A stretch of DNA of 64,000 nucleotides from Gnetum montanum (Eukaryota > Plantae > Gnetophyta), in assembly GCA_015680685.1 (NCBI GenBank), contig MNCI01000312.1:124001-188000 (forward strand). Direction: 5' to 3'. Positions 39,624-54,055 of the stretch are shown piece after piece. The translations under genes were made by a program, and so were the position numbers. The notes beneath the pieces are model-generated. The model was not told where the DNA came from, made no database searches, and saw nothing but the letters and a program-made list of their open reading frames with translations. Numbering within the stretch: the stretch's first letter is position 1; each line of letters opens with the position of its first letter.

Positions 39624-41132
39624 TGTTACAACCAGAAAATTTGATTGCTAGAAAAAATTGAAGGAGGTTTGATACATAGTAGTTTCTCAACCCATGAATC
39701 CCCAAGGCCTCTAGAAAAAATAGGATTCAGGATGCCTTGGCCAATTTGATAGATCAATTAGGGACTTACAAAATGTAAAGCAAATAAATTATAAAATACA
39801 ATGCAAAAATTATATATCTAAAAAAAACAAAAGGAAAATGTAGATTTCACACACAATAAAACTTTTAAACTTTATTAAAATAATAAAGAATGGATGTTAG
39901 AAATGTGTACAAAAAAAATACTTGTGAAAGCAAAAGGAGGAGTTAATTAGTGCAAGAGTTTAAAAACCATTAAAGCCAGTACAATTTTCTCCATGATCTA
40001 GGTACTAAGTCACTCCTAATGCTTTTGAACCTCCTCTATTGAAATCTTAGATCTACATATTAGCTATGGTGGGAGTTCAGAAGTGTGAAAAAATCCAAGC
40101 TATCCAAGTGCTCTGTGCTAAGAGTTAGGAATCTCAGGAGTACAACATGAAGCTTGAAAGTTCATAAATCTCAAAGGAGGATTGCAAAGTCATAAGGTCA
40201 TAGAGTTTCTATGCTGGGTTCAAGAGAAAACAAGTGTGGAAACTTGCAGGAACTCTTGAGTGCTTGAAATTTTCCAAGTGTGAAACTTCAAAATTGCTAA
40301 AAAAGTATAAAGTGCTAAACTATCTGAAGATTGTCAAACTTGTAAATGGTGTTGGAGGCTAGTTTCTATAGATCTTGGGGCATGAATGAGGCTAAAAAAT
40401 GGTTGTGATTTGTCTGTAAAATGGCTGCCAAATTTCTACCTCATTTAGGTAAGATGGATGCCCAAATTTGGGGGGTTACTATACATAGTAAGCTCCTTTC
40501 CCTATGGCCATTCTATATACTATAAATGGTAACTAGGGCATACCTTCCATGTTGGAGATGAATCTTTCATGCTAAGCTCCTCACCATGCTTGTTGAATTG
40601 GCTAGTCAATGTTCAAATGTGCAAAGTGATGAATTTCAGCTTTTGTGGCTTCCACACTAGGGGATGCAATTTTCAATGCTGGGGATGAAGAATCAACATT
40701 GGGGGGAGACTTCCATGCCAAGGGGGAAAGGTTTCCAAGCTATGCATGTAGTCTCCATGGTGAAGGAAGAAAGTTTCCAAAACCTCCACCCTTACATGTT
40801 GGGATTAGGTAAGATTTAATCCCCTGCATGTGTTTCCAACGTAGAAAAGTGTATACCCCCAAAAAAACCCATCAAATTACCTTTATTAGCATTTCAGAAT
40901 GAATTTTTAATATCCCAAGTCCAAATATAGATACTAGGTGATTTTTTTGACTTGGTGAATGAGGATTTGACCACTTATGAGGTATTTTTTTGCCCCAAAA
41001 GTATAAAGTATGTGAAATTGCCCATTGTTGGTTACAATCTTCACATTTACAATGAAGTTTTTCCTCAGGTTTCATGGCATGAAAGCTACATGATGAAAAT
41101 TGACTATAACATGCAAATTTTGTTGTGTTTCA
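39624..41132 (-). repeat. 3' LTR of element D
   Basis: Minus strand reads PPT aaagagggaacat then TGAAACAC...TTCTGGTTGTAACA; homologous to the family LTRs. Confidence 0.78.
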
Positions 41133-41389
41133 ATGTTCCCTCTTTGTTGGTTTTTGGAGGATTGATTAGAGAGGCATCGACAAAGAATACAAAATGCCAT
41201 TGCATATTATAACATTATAATGCATAAATGTTGCATGTGAATCAAGCTATCTAGGTCATCAAAGTTGTGAGTTTAAGGTTGTGGTGTGCCATGGTACCAA
41301 TTTAAGGTCCTAGTAGGCCATGTTGTCAATTTAAGGTTGTAGCAAACCATTGAAAGTAGGCTTGGTTGCTGGTGATTATCAGCTACACG

Positions 41390-44300
41390 TAGTACGACTT
41401 TAGATAGGAATGATTAATTGGATTGACCAACACATTCTCATCCATGTCAACTATTCTAAACACACCATTCCTATAGGTTCTAGTAACAAGGAAGGGTCCT
41501 TCTTAGTTGGCCAATAATTTTTTGGCATGTTCACTAATGGCTTTGAGGACTAGGTCACCCTCCTTAATCTTACGCATGGTTAAGTTATGGTGGTGGTGTT
41601 GCTTCTAGCTCTCTTGATAATGCTTAGTGTAAGCCTACTTACATTGCTCCTCCACCAAGTCCAAGACCAATTTCTACAACTCTTTGTTTTGCTCATCGTT
41701 GATGAAGTTAGTCCAGGCTACTTGAAGTAATGGTAGCTACAATTCAAGAGGTAAAACAACTTAAGAACCTTAAAATAGACTATAAGGGGTCATACCTATC
41801 TCTGAGTGATAGGTCATTCTATATACCCATAAGGCATGGACAAGATTCTCATGCCATTTGCTCTTGTTGTTGTCAAGCATCTTTGTGAGCAAGTTGATGA
41901 TGAATTTGTTGCTGGCCTTTACTTGTCCATTGGCTTGAGGGTAATAGAATGATGAGAAAGAATCCTTAATGCCTAGGCTATGACAAAAATAGTTTGTTTC
42001 ATGGCTACTAAATTACGATCTATTGTATGTAACTATGATCATGGGAATGCCAAAATGAGCTACAATGTTATCTAGGATGAATTTGCAAACTTGTTTAGAT
42101 GTAATCTTCCTCAGGGAAATAGCCTCAACCCACTTGGTAAAGTATTCAGTTTTAGTGATGATGAAGCTATGCCTTCTGGAAGACTTAGGCATTATGGATC
42201 CAATGATATCCAACCCCCATTGTTGAAATGACCATATTATTTAAGTGGTATGCAGCTTAGGTGGTGATACATGTATAAGGTTTCTATATCATTAGCATGT
42301 GTTACACCACCTAACTTTCTGCAGATAGTCATTTTCCATATGGAACTAATAGTAGCCTAACCATCTAATCTTAGTAGCCATAGCTCTAGGTCCTATATGT
42401 CCTTCACAAACACCCTTGTGAACATCATCTAGGACTATTTTGACTTTGGTTTTCCCTAAGCACTTTAGGAGTATGCCATCATAGGATCATCAACATAATG
42501 TGTTATCATCTATGATGACATACTACATCGATTACTTGCATACAACATCCCTTTGAGTAGTAGTTAGGCCTTGTGAGGATTCACCATACATAACGTAAAA
42601 TTTGATATCATCATCCCACTCCTTAGGAGGAGCAGTATGAATAATGGACACAAAGTTATCCTTAGTGTTCTATGTAATGGAAGTAGCATAGTCCACAGTT
42701 AAGGTGGGAAACTTACTAAACACATTTGACATCACACTAGGGGCTAATGTTGCAATTACATTGGCTATGGAATTCTCATTTCAAGGTATGTGTTGGATAT
42801 CAATATCTATAAAATATTGTAACAATTGATTTCCTAGGTCATAATATGGTTGTAAGTGCTTAGCTTTGCATGCATAGACTTCAGTTACTTGGTTAACCAC
42901 AAGTTTTGAATCGCCTTTGATCATTAAGCATCTAATTCCTAGGTCATGAGATACCATCATCCCTCTTATCAAACCTTCATACTTTGCTATGTTATTGATA
43001 CATGAGAAGTCAAAACGATAGCAAAGGGTTGAATTTCACCAAATGGGATGGCCCCATGGATAGTTGAAGCTTTGTTAAAGTGCATGACCATCTCATAACC
43101 CTTCGACATTTGGCTAATGATGTTAATGTGTTCATTAGGGAATTCAAGATCTATGGATTCTTGGTCATAAATAGGCTAAACTATAAGCTATATGGCTATA
43201 GCTTGAACTTTCTTTGAGGATTGAGAGATATAATGAAGGTAGAGCTTTGTAGTTATGGTTTTTCACCAGGCTATATGACTACTTTTGTAGATGTTGGTTG
43301 TTATGGATTTGAGTACATTATCCTTGAATATAATGTTGACTTGGCTTCTAAAGAGTTCATTGTCTCCACTTCTTCAAGAAGAAGACTAGTGCTAAACAAT
43401 ATTTCTCTACTTTAATGTATCAAGCCTCATGGACAACTAATGAATGGCTAAGGTCGTATACCAGTATTTTTGCTCCATCATCACATTTTTTGACAAAGTA
43501 GGGAGGTAATGAATGTGTTGGAGATGGCAAGGTACATGTAAAATGGTTTTCCCTCTTATGGATGATATATTTTTTGGTAGTTGTGTCAACTCTTGCTTAA
43601 GGTTTTCAAAGGCCTCTTGGCATTGAACCATCCAACCATAGTGAACTCCTTTCTTAAGCAAGTATTGCATGGGCTATTACTTATCTATAAGCCTAGTGAT
43701 AAATCTATAAATAAATTGCAATTTGCCATGTAAACCTCAAAAATCCTTAAGGTTGGTAGGCACCACTAATTTAGATATGGCCTTAACCTTATTAGGATCA
43801 ACACATATCCTTGCTTCAGAGGCTACAAATCTAAGCATCATATTTGAGCCTAAGCTTGTATTTGAGGCATCATTTAAGCATAAGGTCTGGGTCATTAGCC
43901 ACTTTGGACTTAATAGCTATGTCATCTACATAATCATTAAGCAAACCTAACATGTAATTTCTAAGTATATAGGTCATGGCTTGTTGATAGGTAGCTATGA
44001 AGTTCTTAAGGCCAAATGACATAACAGTATAGTAGAAGGTACCTCATGGGGTTATAAAGATTATGCTAAGTTGATGCTCTGAGTTGATCCTAATTTGGTT
44101 ATATCTTGAGAATCCATTCATAAAGGACAAGAAGGCATGTCTAGTCATAGTATCAATAAGTTGATCAATACTAGGCAAAGGGAAGTCATCCTTGATGGTT
44201 ACTTTATTTAGTCTCCAAAGTCAATGCAAATATGGATACTCCCATTTTTCTTAGGAACTACCACTATTTTGGACACCCATTCTGCATAGTTGATAGCCCT

Positions 44301-44834
44301 AATGAAACTTGCTTGGTAGAGCTTTGAGATCTCATTGTGAACTACTAAGGCCAAATCAAGTCTAATTTTGTGCACTTTCTACTTAATTTCTCTAATGCTA
44401 CGATCTAGTATGATGTGTTGGACTAAGCATGGGCCTAGGCCTGTCATGTCTTCATATGACTAAGAAAAGGCCTTAATGTTGATTTGTAGGACCTTGGTGA
44501 TGTCTTGAGCATGTTGAGGTTCCAGTGAGGAACTTAATTTAAGGGTTTTCTCCTCACCACTATGTATTGCGACAGGAACCTCAATTAGAGAGTCTTTGGT
44601 TATGTTGCTTACCTCTAAGTCAAAGGTTTTGACTAGGTTTTAATTCCATTCTAGAGGTTTCTCCATTAAGTCTATGTGTTCTAAAAGACTCTTAGGCTCA
44701 AGATCTAGGCAATTAGGGTTGATACACTGTTCAATATCACCGTGAGATCCATGCAGACACAAAGGAAAACTGATTTGCTCCCACATATTCATACTTTCAT
44801 CCTGCATATCAACCAAAATCATATTAAGTGGCAC
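41390..44834 (-). pseudogene. pol of element D: RT, RNase H, archaeal-type RNase H, integrase; degenerate
   Basis: AFS*SYEDMTGL.P.LV.H, DDFPLPSIDQLID, YTVMSFGLKN, YVDD (43921-43932), LGIRCLMIKGDSKLVVNQV (aRH), WGLDIIG...TEYFTKWVEA, YYPQANGQ, GPF; aRH between RH and INT as in Ogre/Retand. Confidence 0.92.
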
Positions 44835-45479
44835 CTAGGTAAAAGTGGATACACAATGCTAAAATGCTATAATATTATAAAAATACATGCAAATCTAATG
44901 CAATCAAGGCCATCCAAGGTTGTCAATGAGATAGGGAAAATTTGACAAAGTACCATAAAGGCCAAAGAAAGATCAATAAAGGTCAAAAAGGGGAAATATA
45001 AGAAATAAGGCTACAAATGGTCAAAAAAGACCAAAAATTCACTATTTTTAGGCCTTAGTAGGTCATGATGACACTTTAGAGTCATGGTGGACTATGCTGC
45101 TACTTTAAGGCCTTAGTGGGTCATGGTTACATGATGTCAAACATTGGTCAAGGAAGGTCAAACCCCACTATTTGATACCATTCAAAGGCTAAAAAAAGGC
45201 AAATAAGGCTATAATAAGGTAGGTAAAGGACTCATAGGGCTATATGAAGGCCATACAAGGTCAAAAATGTAAACAATGTAACAAAGGTTCAAAAATAAGC
45301 CAAAATACTATGTAATAAGACAAGAATCAAGAAAAAATGCTACATATGATAAAATTTGACTAATATAGGTCAAAAAATGATTTGTTTACTAGTTTTTGGC
45401 CTTAGAAAGCCATTATTTGAGGCTACAAGGCTATTAGTTGAGTTTGGACATTAGTCAGGGCTATTTGGACCCAAAAATC

Positions 45480-48400
45480 AAGTGTTTTGACGTTGCCACA
45501 TTAGGCTCAGCATGGAAATAGGGACCCTTAGTGTGGAAACCAAGGAAAAATAGGTTTTGGAATGCTCATAGGCCTAAAATTAAGGTTTTAAGACATTTCA
45601 AGGTAGTGCAGGGTCAGATCCATCAAAAATGGGCACTCTGGGGGGTCTATAAAGGACAAAAAGTAGGTTCTAGAGAAATTCCCCCTTGTTTCCATGCTAC
45701 CCAACATGGAAGAAATGTGGGCTTAGTGTGGAAAACCAAAATCTTAGCCAAAATAGGATCAACTAAGGTCACACAAGCATCTAAAACCTAGATTTGGAAG
45801 TTATTCATCCTCTAGCTTCATTGTGAGGCTATTTGAGTTGATTTTTATTTTAAAACATGTCGAAATGGCTCCTGCCCCCCAACATTTTCCACAATAAGCA
45901 TACTATCCACAATGTGGAAGAATGGGAGGAAACTTGTTTCATGGATTTAGGATGGTTTTAGAGTACATTGACTAGGTTTCTAGGCCCCTAGGACTGTAGA
46001 CCTTGATTCTGTAAGTTTCTAGTTGATTTTGAGCACATTTGGATGTCGTTCAAGGGTACTTAAGATCTTCCCCTTTATTTCCATGTTGAGAGAGTTACTC
46101 CAATGTGGAAAATTTGGGGGAATAGGTTTTGGAGGTCACAAAAAGCTTGTATAAGCCAAATATTAAGGTTACGAGGTCCTAGGATTCTATGGCATAGATC
46201 TTTGATATCCAGGAGTGTCATCTTACCACTAGAAGTGGAAAAGAATCTTTTCCCCCATGTTTTCATGCTACCCAGTGTGGAAGGGGTCTCCGCTAGTGTG
46301 GATGAACATAGAATCCCATCTAGGCTAATTTGAGTCACAATAAACTATGCATGTTACCTTCTGGAGTTGCTAGGAATAAGGGCTATGTCTTCATGTCAAA
46401 ATTTGGTAGTATTGAGCACTCCCAAGTGGTTTTTGAGCTTATCCCCCTTTCGCCACATTGAAACTAAGAAGCTCAATGTGGAAGAATAGGGGAAACTACT
46501 TTTTTGCTATTTGAGATCAATTTCTTGAGGTTTGAAGGCTCTAATAACTATTGACAAGGTTCTAGGGTGAATGTAAGGTCATTTGATGTTATTATGAGGC
46601 GTTTAGGAGCTCCAAAAAAGTGTTCCCTTGAGTTTCCACATTGGGGATACTATGCTCAACATGGAAAAAGGGATCCCCAACATGGAAGAACCATAAATCC
46701 TTGATTTTGGCCAATTTTGGCCTCAATCCACCATGCATGTATGCTTTTAGGGCTACCATGGTTGAGGACTAGGGTTCAAGCTCAAGTTTGACTAGTTTGG
46801 AGGTTTCCTACAAGATTTTTGAGCTTCTCCCATATTTTCCACACTAGGGGTAGTATGCATAATGTTGAAGACTAGGGGGAAGTAGCATTTTAACTTTCCA
46901 CATCATTTCTAGTCATGCATTTAGGTCTCTGAGGTTACTAGTGTTGAATACCAATGCTCAATATCAATATTTGGTCATTTCAAAGGTTGATGAGTGGTTT
47001 CCAAGTTTCTTCCATTTTTTTCGTGCTAGGGTTTCCTTGTTCAACATGGAAGATTAGGGGAAAAGGCTTTCTAGATGCTTATGATCAATCTCATTAGATT
47101 TGATGGTCTTAGGATGTGCAAAAAAAGTTCTTGGACATACACAAGGATTTTTGGTGTTCATTCAAGGTCTTTGGAGGTTATTTTGAAGTTCCTTAAAATT
47201 TTTCCCTTCTCTTCCACACTAGGCCACATGGAGGATGTGGCTATCAACATGGAAGAATTGAGGAACCATAATTTTTTCGATTTTCTATCATGCATGTAGG
47301 CTTATAAGGTTGTTGGCATCAAGTGTTGATACCTTATGTCAAAATATAGTTATTTCAAGGATTATTAAGTATATTTTGTGCTTCCCTCATTTTTCCATGC
47401 TAAGGTTTCTATGGTCAGTGTGAAATATTGGGGGAAAGGGCTTTTTAGATTTTATGGTTAAATTAGGCTATGCATGAGTGTCTACAAGGTTGCTAGTGTT
47501 AGCTATCAGTGTCTAAGGTTAAATTTTGATTTTTTTGAAGGCTATGAAAGGGTTTTTAGGATTTTTCCCTTCCATCAACGTTGGGACTAGGGTGCTTAAC
47601 ATGAAGAATTAGAAAAAAATGATTTTTGATCTCCAATGGTTACTTTTAGAAGTCTAGTTGCTTCCAAAAGGATGGGGTTGCTTCTGGAAGTTAAACTGCA
47701 TGAAGATTTCAACAGTTTTATCTTCCCCCCTTTCATCCACATTAGGACTAGGATTCTTAGAATGGAAGATGTTTCCCCTAATCAAGAAATTTATATCTAG
47801 GCCATATTGATAGCCAATAAACTATGCATATTAGCCTCCAAGGTTGCGAGTGTTGACAATCTATGATGGGTGCCAAGATTTAGAAGTTTGGAGGCTTCTA
47901 AGTACCTCATGTAATTTTTTTGCTATCTTCCACATTAGCCATGATGGCCCTAGCATAGATGAGAGGGGGATGACAACTTTATGCCATATTTAACTAATTT
48001 TAGGGCATTCCAAAAGCTCGAGAGGATTCTAGTAAGGCCTAGGGGTCACCAAGCTTTGAGAAATGGCTACTAGGTAGTCAATTTAGGTCATTTTGACTTC
48101 CACCCATCCATCCATGCTGAGGGTGGTATGCTCTGCATTTCTAAAGCCTCCCTCAATGTGGAAACATCAAATGTCAAGGTTTTTACTAGTTTTGACCAAT
48201 TTCAACTTGGTTTGGTGAGGTTCCAAGGTTACTAGAGATGCTTGGAGGGCTTTTAGATCATGCAAGGCCCACTTTGGATTAAACTTAGGCTAGATGCCTA
48301 CTGAAGGATAAGGATAGGTGTCACCCCTTTTCTTCTAGGCTGTGCACTATCACCCTAGCATGGAAACCCATGGTGTTTAGCTTCATTCATGTCTCACCCA
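45480..48400. repeat. Degenerate tandem array, ~185-195-bp period, about 15 units
   Basis: Recurrent ttccac(a/t)...caa(t/c)(g/a)tggaa(g/a)a...gggg blocks near 45532, 45728, 45914, 46104, 46478, 46660, 46862, 47046, 47248, 47420, 47600, 47762, 48158, 48360; period estimated by eye. Confidence 0.55.
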
Positions 48401-51400
48401 CTTTTCAGAACTTAGGAATGAAAAAGATAAATTTCAGTTATTAAAAAGGGTAAAATAGTTGTATTTTAATGATTTTGTGAAATGGGAGTCATGTATCCAT
48501 ACTAAGCATGCCATCTCCAACATAGATGCATGGGAGTTAAGGTCACAACATGGTTCTAAGTGTCCAATTTAGAAAAAAGATCAACGTTGATACAAATTTT
48601 TGGTTAAGAGAGAAGGCATAAGGTGGGGTCCATAAATCAAGAATTTAAAACTTTGAAAGTGAAGTTTCTTCCCATACAAACTCAGTATTGAAGAGACTTT
48701 TCTCCCCTTGTACTTCAATGCACTTGGAGTTATGATGCACTGAATTAGGAGATGGGGTTTCAAGATGTGTGTTTAGGTGAGATGTGATATATATGGTCTA
48801 ATTTTTACAAGTTTTCAATCATAATTTTCATTCTTGTAGACTATACATTAGAGGAGAGCTTTGGCAAAACTTTTTTGTCGTAGAGAGCACCAATCTTCAA
48901 CATGAAAACCTTCCATCATTTTCATAGCTAGCATTGTACTTCTATTCTTCTTAATTCTAAACTACTCCCAGTGTTGAACTTACCATGGCGCAAAAGCAAT
49001 GTGGAGGAAAGAGTTGGAATTTAATGATCCAAAGGGTAGACAAGCATGCTAGGGAGTTGTTAGAAGTTCCTAAGCCTATCTCCATTTAGGATTCATTCAT
49101 TATCACTCTAAGGTAGGAAGTTCTACCTATTTTGGCTTTTTTTTAGCTATTTTCTATGGTTTTATGGTATTTTTCTTGCCACATGTGAGGCCATTTTTCT
49201 CATATCTACTTTGATAGAGGGGGAAAATAAAAATTTTGATGAAATCCCACCTCTTATTTTGGCCATTTCCACATGGATCCATGGTTTTTTTGTTATTTTT
49301 TTGTCAATAGATTTGATTCTTAAAATCAATCCTACTATTTTTGTGCTTTTTTCCAAAAATTTTGGGGTATCACCATTTTTTTAGATATAGGCCAAAGTAT
49401 TCATCAAAATTAAATTTCAACAAAATATTACCACACTATTTTGGTGCACTTTCTAATAGGTATCGATTGTTTTAGCTATTTTGACTATGTTTTTATGGCT
49501 ATGTTAAGTTGGGCTTTAGGAATTTTAGCTTTTTTTACATGAAAAAAGCAAGCAAGGTTGTGTATTTTTTCTTTAGAAATGGTTGATATTTTAAAATATG
49601 ATTTTATGAATTCATAGCTCCATGTTTATACTTTCCAAAGGATGTTGTTTCATTCAATTTGGTTTTGAATTGATGGAGTTATAGCTATTTTCCTAATGTT
49701 GTGCAGTTAGGTTCTTTATCCCATTTTTAAAATTTCATGTAAGTTCATGAATCTTTTCTAAGTAAACAGTAGGGGTTCTTGTTGTTTTTGACTATGACTA
49801 AGTAGGTCTTGGCTTTAGATTTTTACTATTCCTATATGATTTTTAAAATTAATTTTAATGCTTTTTTCCAAATTTATGCATGTTTTTTCTAAATTTATGC
49901 ATAGTTTAGATTTTTTTTTTAAAATTATGCATAATTTAGATTAAGGCTTAATTTTGGCTATAATATTTTTATTATGAAGTAAAAGGCTATAAAATATGGC
50001 AATAATGTTATTATGGAATTTCTTAGGTTAATTTAGATAAACACCTTAGATCTTTTTATAGAGGCTAATTTCACCACAAACTAGATGTTGTTTTCAAATT
50101 TGCTAAGTATTTCCATAATGTAAGGCTATGCAAGGTTGTAATAATGTTTTTTTTTTTGTGGAATTTCTTGAGCTAATTTAGATGAACACCTTAGAGCTTT
50201 TTACAAAGGCTAATTTCACCTCTGACTAGATGCTTTTTCTAAATTTTCCAAGTAATGCCAAATGGTCATAATGTTTTAATTTTTCTTTATGCAAGGTTTA
50301 CTTGAAATCCATAATCATCATTATGGAGTTAGTGGGTATCTTCTGCTATATTGGTCATCCTAAGTCCAATACCCCACTCCTTGATATGCCTTTGGGGAAG
50401 TTGTTACTATGGTTTTGGCCTAAGGTAAGGGAATTCTTTGCTTACATCTTAAAGACCTTTAGTGTGATGTGATCACACTTGTCTACAGATGTGGCAAGGG
50501 TTATAGTGGAGATCCTATTGCCTCAGGCATCTAGCCTAATTTTCAGATTTATTTCTACCAAGCCACCTCCTAGGATAGCAGGGGGCATAATAGATGTCAT
50601 TAGCCCACATTACCTCACAAATATTTGGATGATGCTAGGGTATAGCTAGAATAATGTTGACAATACTCTGATGGTGGTGCATAGAGCCCACATGTTATTT
50701 TAGAATCCACCTAGTACCATGTATCATCTATAGGGGTAAGCATGGCCATTTTAATGTTTTTATGATTTTGGCTTAGCTATCTTCCCTATCTTCATCAGTT
50801 TTACAAACATCTTGCAGGTGCAAGGTTGATGATCAAGGTCTGATCATCAATGATCAAGGTCTGATCATCAATGATCAAATGTTGGTAGTGGAAAAAACTA
50901 TTGTGGATGAATTCACCAAGAGTCCTCAGATTAGAACTACTATGTATTGGTAGTTAAGAGGGGACTTTGGTGCATATGCCTCAAGGTTTATCCTTGTATA
51001 CAATTAGTGCAAGGATGATGAAATGATGCACAGCTAGTGGGCAAATTTTGACAACTCCATGGATTAGACCCTTATAGCTAGGACCTCCACACCAAAGAAG
51101 AAAAGAAAAAGGTAAACATAAAGGCCATAGCTTCTAGTGTTTCATGGCTATAACTTTTAGTGTTCTATTGTTTTGGTTGATTGTCAAACTTACTTATGTT
51201 GATGCTAAACTTTGGTTACTGCTTTACAAGACCTTTGACCTTTGTTAACATCACCATACCACATTCATGAACATTTAAGGAGGAGACCCCCATCCTAAAG
51301 TTTGGTGAGATGACATCAGCACAAAAGTGGCTAAAGGAACAAGCACCTACATACATTCAAAAAAACATCTAGTGTGCAAGTTTACTTGACATATTTATGG

Positions 51401-52306
51401 CACCTATCCCTTCCATCCCTACTGCAAAGATGTTACATGTCATTGACTCCTTTGATGAGAAGATTGCTCATTTTAGCAACATCATTTTGGGTGTGAAGGT
51501 AAACATGGACATTGGTGTAGGCCTCTTTCATGACTTGTTTAGTGTTCCTACTAATGGGGAAACCAACCATTGTGGAGAAGTTTTTGAGTGGCTTGCTGCC
51601 GACATGGGCAACTCTAAAATTTTCATAGATAGCTTCATGAACCCAATGCAAAGGAATCATATCTTTTGTTCAGGTCTCATGCATTTCCCAAACTATTATT
51701 GCAAAAAAAAAAAGGTAATAAACATAGCATAGGGATGGATCTTTAAGAAGGTCTTGATGGAGGGCACCAGATTTAACTAGGTAGCTACTTTTGCTACTAG
51801 GCTTTAGGAGGAGATCCTTAAACTTCATGTTGTCACCTCTATAATAATCCACATGCACTTTGCATTTTTTGTAGGTTATCTAAAGATGTTTGTGGAGTTT
51901 TTGGGGGTGTACAATAATGGAAGATGAGTTTCTCAAGACCCAAGCCAATTTTCTAGGCCTTGAATAAAGCACGTTTATCCAAAGGTGCATTCCTAAAATC
52001 CACTAGAAGGGATGGATGATATGTTATCCATCACCACTAAGAATCTTGATGTTAGACAGTGCAAGTCTCTTGAAAACACTAATGATGATGAGCCTCTCAT
52101 GTTTCCCACTAGTGTCTTAGATGCTAGATGATGGTGTATGAAGGCCAAAGGGGTAGCTAGAGAGAAACTCAAGAGGCTTATGGAGGTGGCACTTCTAGCA
52201 TTAGACTAGCCTTTCCTAAAGAAGATCAAGTTTAGGCTTACATCATTGCAATAGGTAGTCATAGGTAAGTTTTTATCTATGCTTGGTTATTTTAAGGCTT
52301 TATGGT

Positions 52307-54055
52307 TGTACTGTCCGAAATCATCGGTGAGAGGCTGGAATGAACAGACACTAAGAGATCTACAGATGAAACAGTAAGACCCTACCTTCACTTGAGGGCA
52401 AGCTAGAAATCAACGGAGGTAGAGTGCCTTGAATGGTTCACACGCGGATCAAACGAGGACTTCCTTAAACGTACGCAATTACGATGCGTTGGGTTATACG
52501 TAAACAAATGCAAAAATAAACATAAACGAATGAAAATGAATGTAAAATGTTTAAATGATAAATAATGAAAATAGGAAAAATGTGAATAGAAATAATAATG
52601 TAAACTGTAAGAATCTGGGAAATAATGTAAACTGTTTGTATTGATAAACAATTAGAATGTGCATCGGTCAGAACGTAGTTGTGGATTGGTTGCAAGATAG
52701 ATGTTTAGCCCCGATGGATGAGAACAGATGTTGGGAAGATGTAGGTTTTTGGTTTGCAGGTGTACAGTGTCCAAGTCTGTATGAAGCCCAACATATGGGA
52801 TTGATGTCTATATTTCTTAAGTGTGTGAGATTCGAATTTTCCCAACCTTGATCTAGTGAAAAAATAGGAGATTTATAGGATCTTGGGCATGAGATTCAGA
52901 TATGGAAGAAGATCAGTGGCTACAAGGTGAGAAAAATTCAGATCAGGCGATAGATGTGTGCATAGACTGGATGCATGAAATGTTACAATGTACAGTGTAG
53001 TGTCCAAGATCTCTTATGTTGGTGTGCGTAATGCCGAGCGTAAGAACTTGACGCACTAAAAAAATGTCAAAAATGCAACAAATGTTAATGTACAAGCATG
53101 GATCTGGGTTTCTGGCCTCCAGATCTGTAATTCTGTGCTGTTCTTATGCTGCAAAAGCCTCCAGCATGGATGGATCTGACTTTGATGTGTGCGTAGCCTA
53201 TTTTGGCATCAGTGTCTAGCGTCCAGCATCTAGCGTCCAACGTATGAAAGTGTTTACGCTGGTGGAAGCATGTCAGCGTGACTAACAATGTATGACCTGA
53301 AAATAGTGCATTTGAACTTGTTTTTGATCTATGAGACCCATTTTCAGAGTGGATCTACATGCCATGGGTCATCAGGATTTTTTGTGCCAAAGTTGGGATG
53401 ATTTGGATGTTGTTTTGGCCCTGTTTTGGTTGATGACACTAGGCATTACTTTGTGCAACGTCTGAAAAAGTAACCCCAGTGTCACCAACTAAAAATACCT
53501 CATTTAAGGCCAAAATGTTGATTTACTGGAGGCTGGGAGCTACTAGGGGCCTTGGTGAAGGTCATGGGGGGTCATGGAAACTCAGTTTCGGGGCTCCAAA
53601 AGTTGGTGACGTTGATCCTTACGCTATGTAGCATTTGAAAAGTAACCCCAGCATCAGAGGCCCAAATTTTGATTTTCTGGAGGCTGGGAGTTGTTGGGGG
53701 CCTTGGTGGAGGTCATGGGGGGTCCTTATGCTCAAATTCGACCTATTTTGACTTAGTTTCGGGGCTCCAAAAGTTGGTGACGCTGATCCTTACACTGTGC
53801 AGCGTAAGAAAATGTAACCAAAGTGTACTTAGCCAAAACCAAGCATTTTGAGCCCAAAAATTTTGATTTTGGATGCCAGAAGTTGATGCAGTCGCCTATG
53901 GGCCCCGGGGGAGCCTTTCCTATTGAATCATGAACCATCGAGGGCTATTTCGGAGGCCTCTAAGTTTGGTCATGCTGTACTCATGCTTGGGCAGCTACAT
54001 GACTTAACTTGAATCTTGTCTGAAAGTGCTAGGCCAAAATTTTGTGGTGTTTTCA
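52307..54055 (-). repeat. 3' LTR of element C
   Basis: Colinear with 59874-61743; PPT aaagaggggccaa abuts it on the minus strand. Confidence 0.93.
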
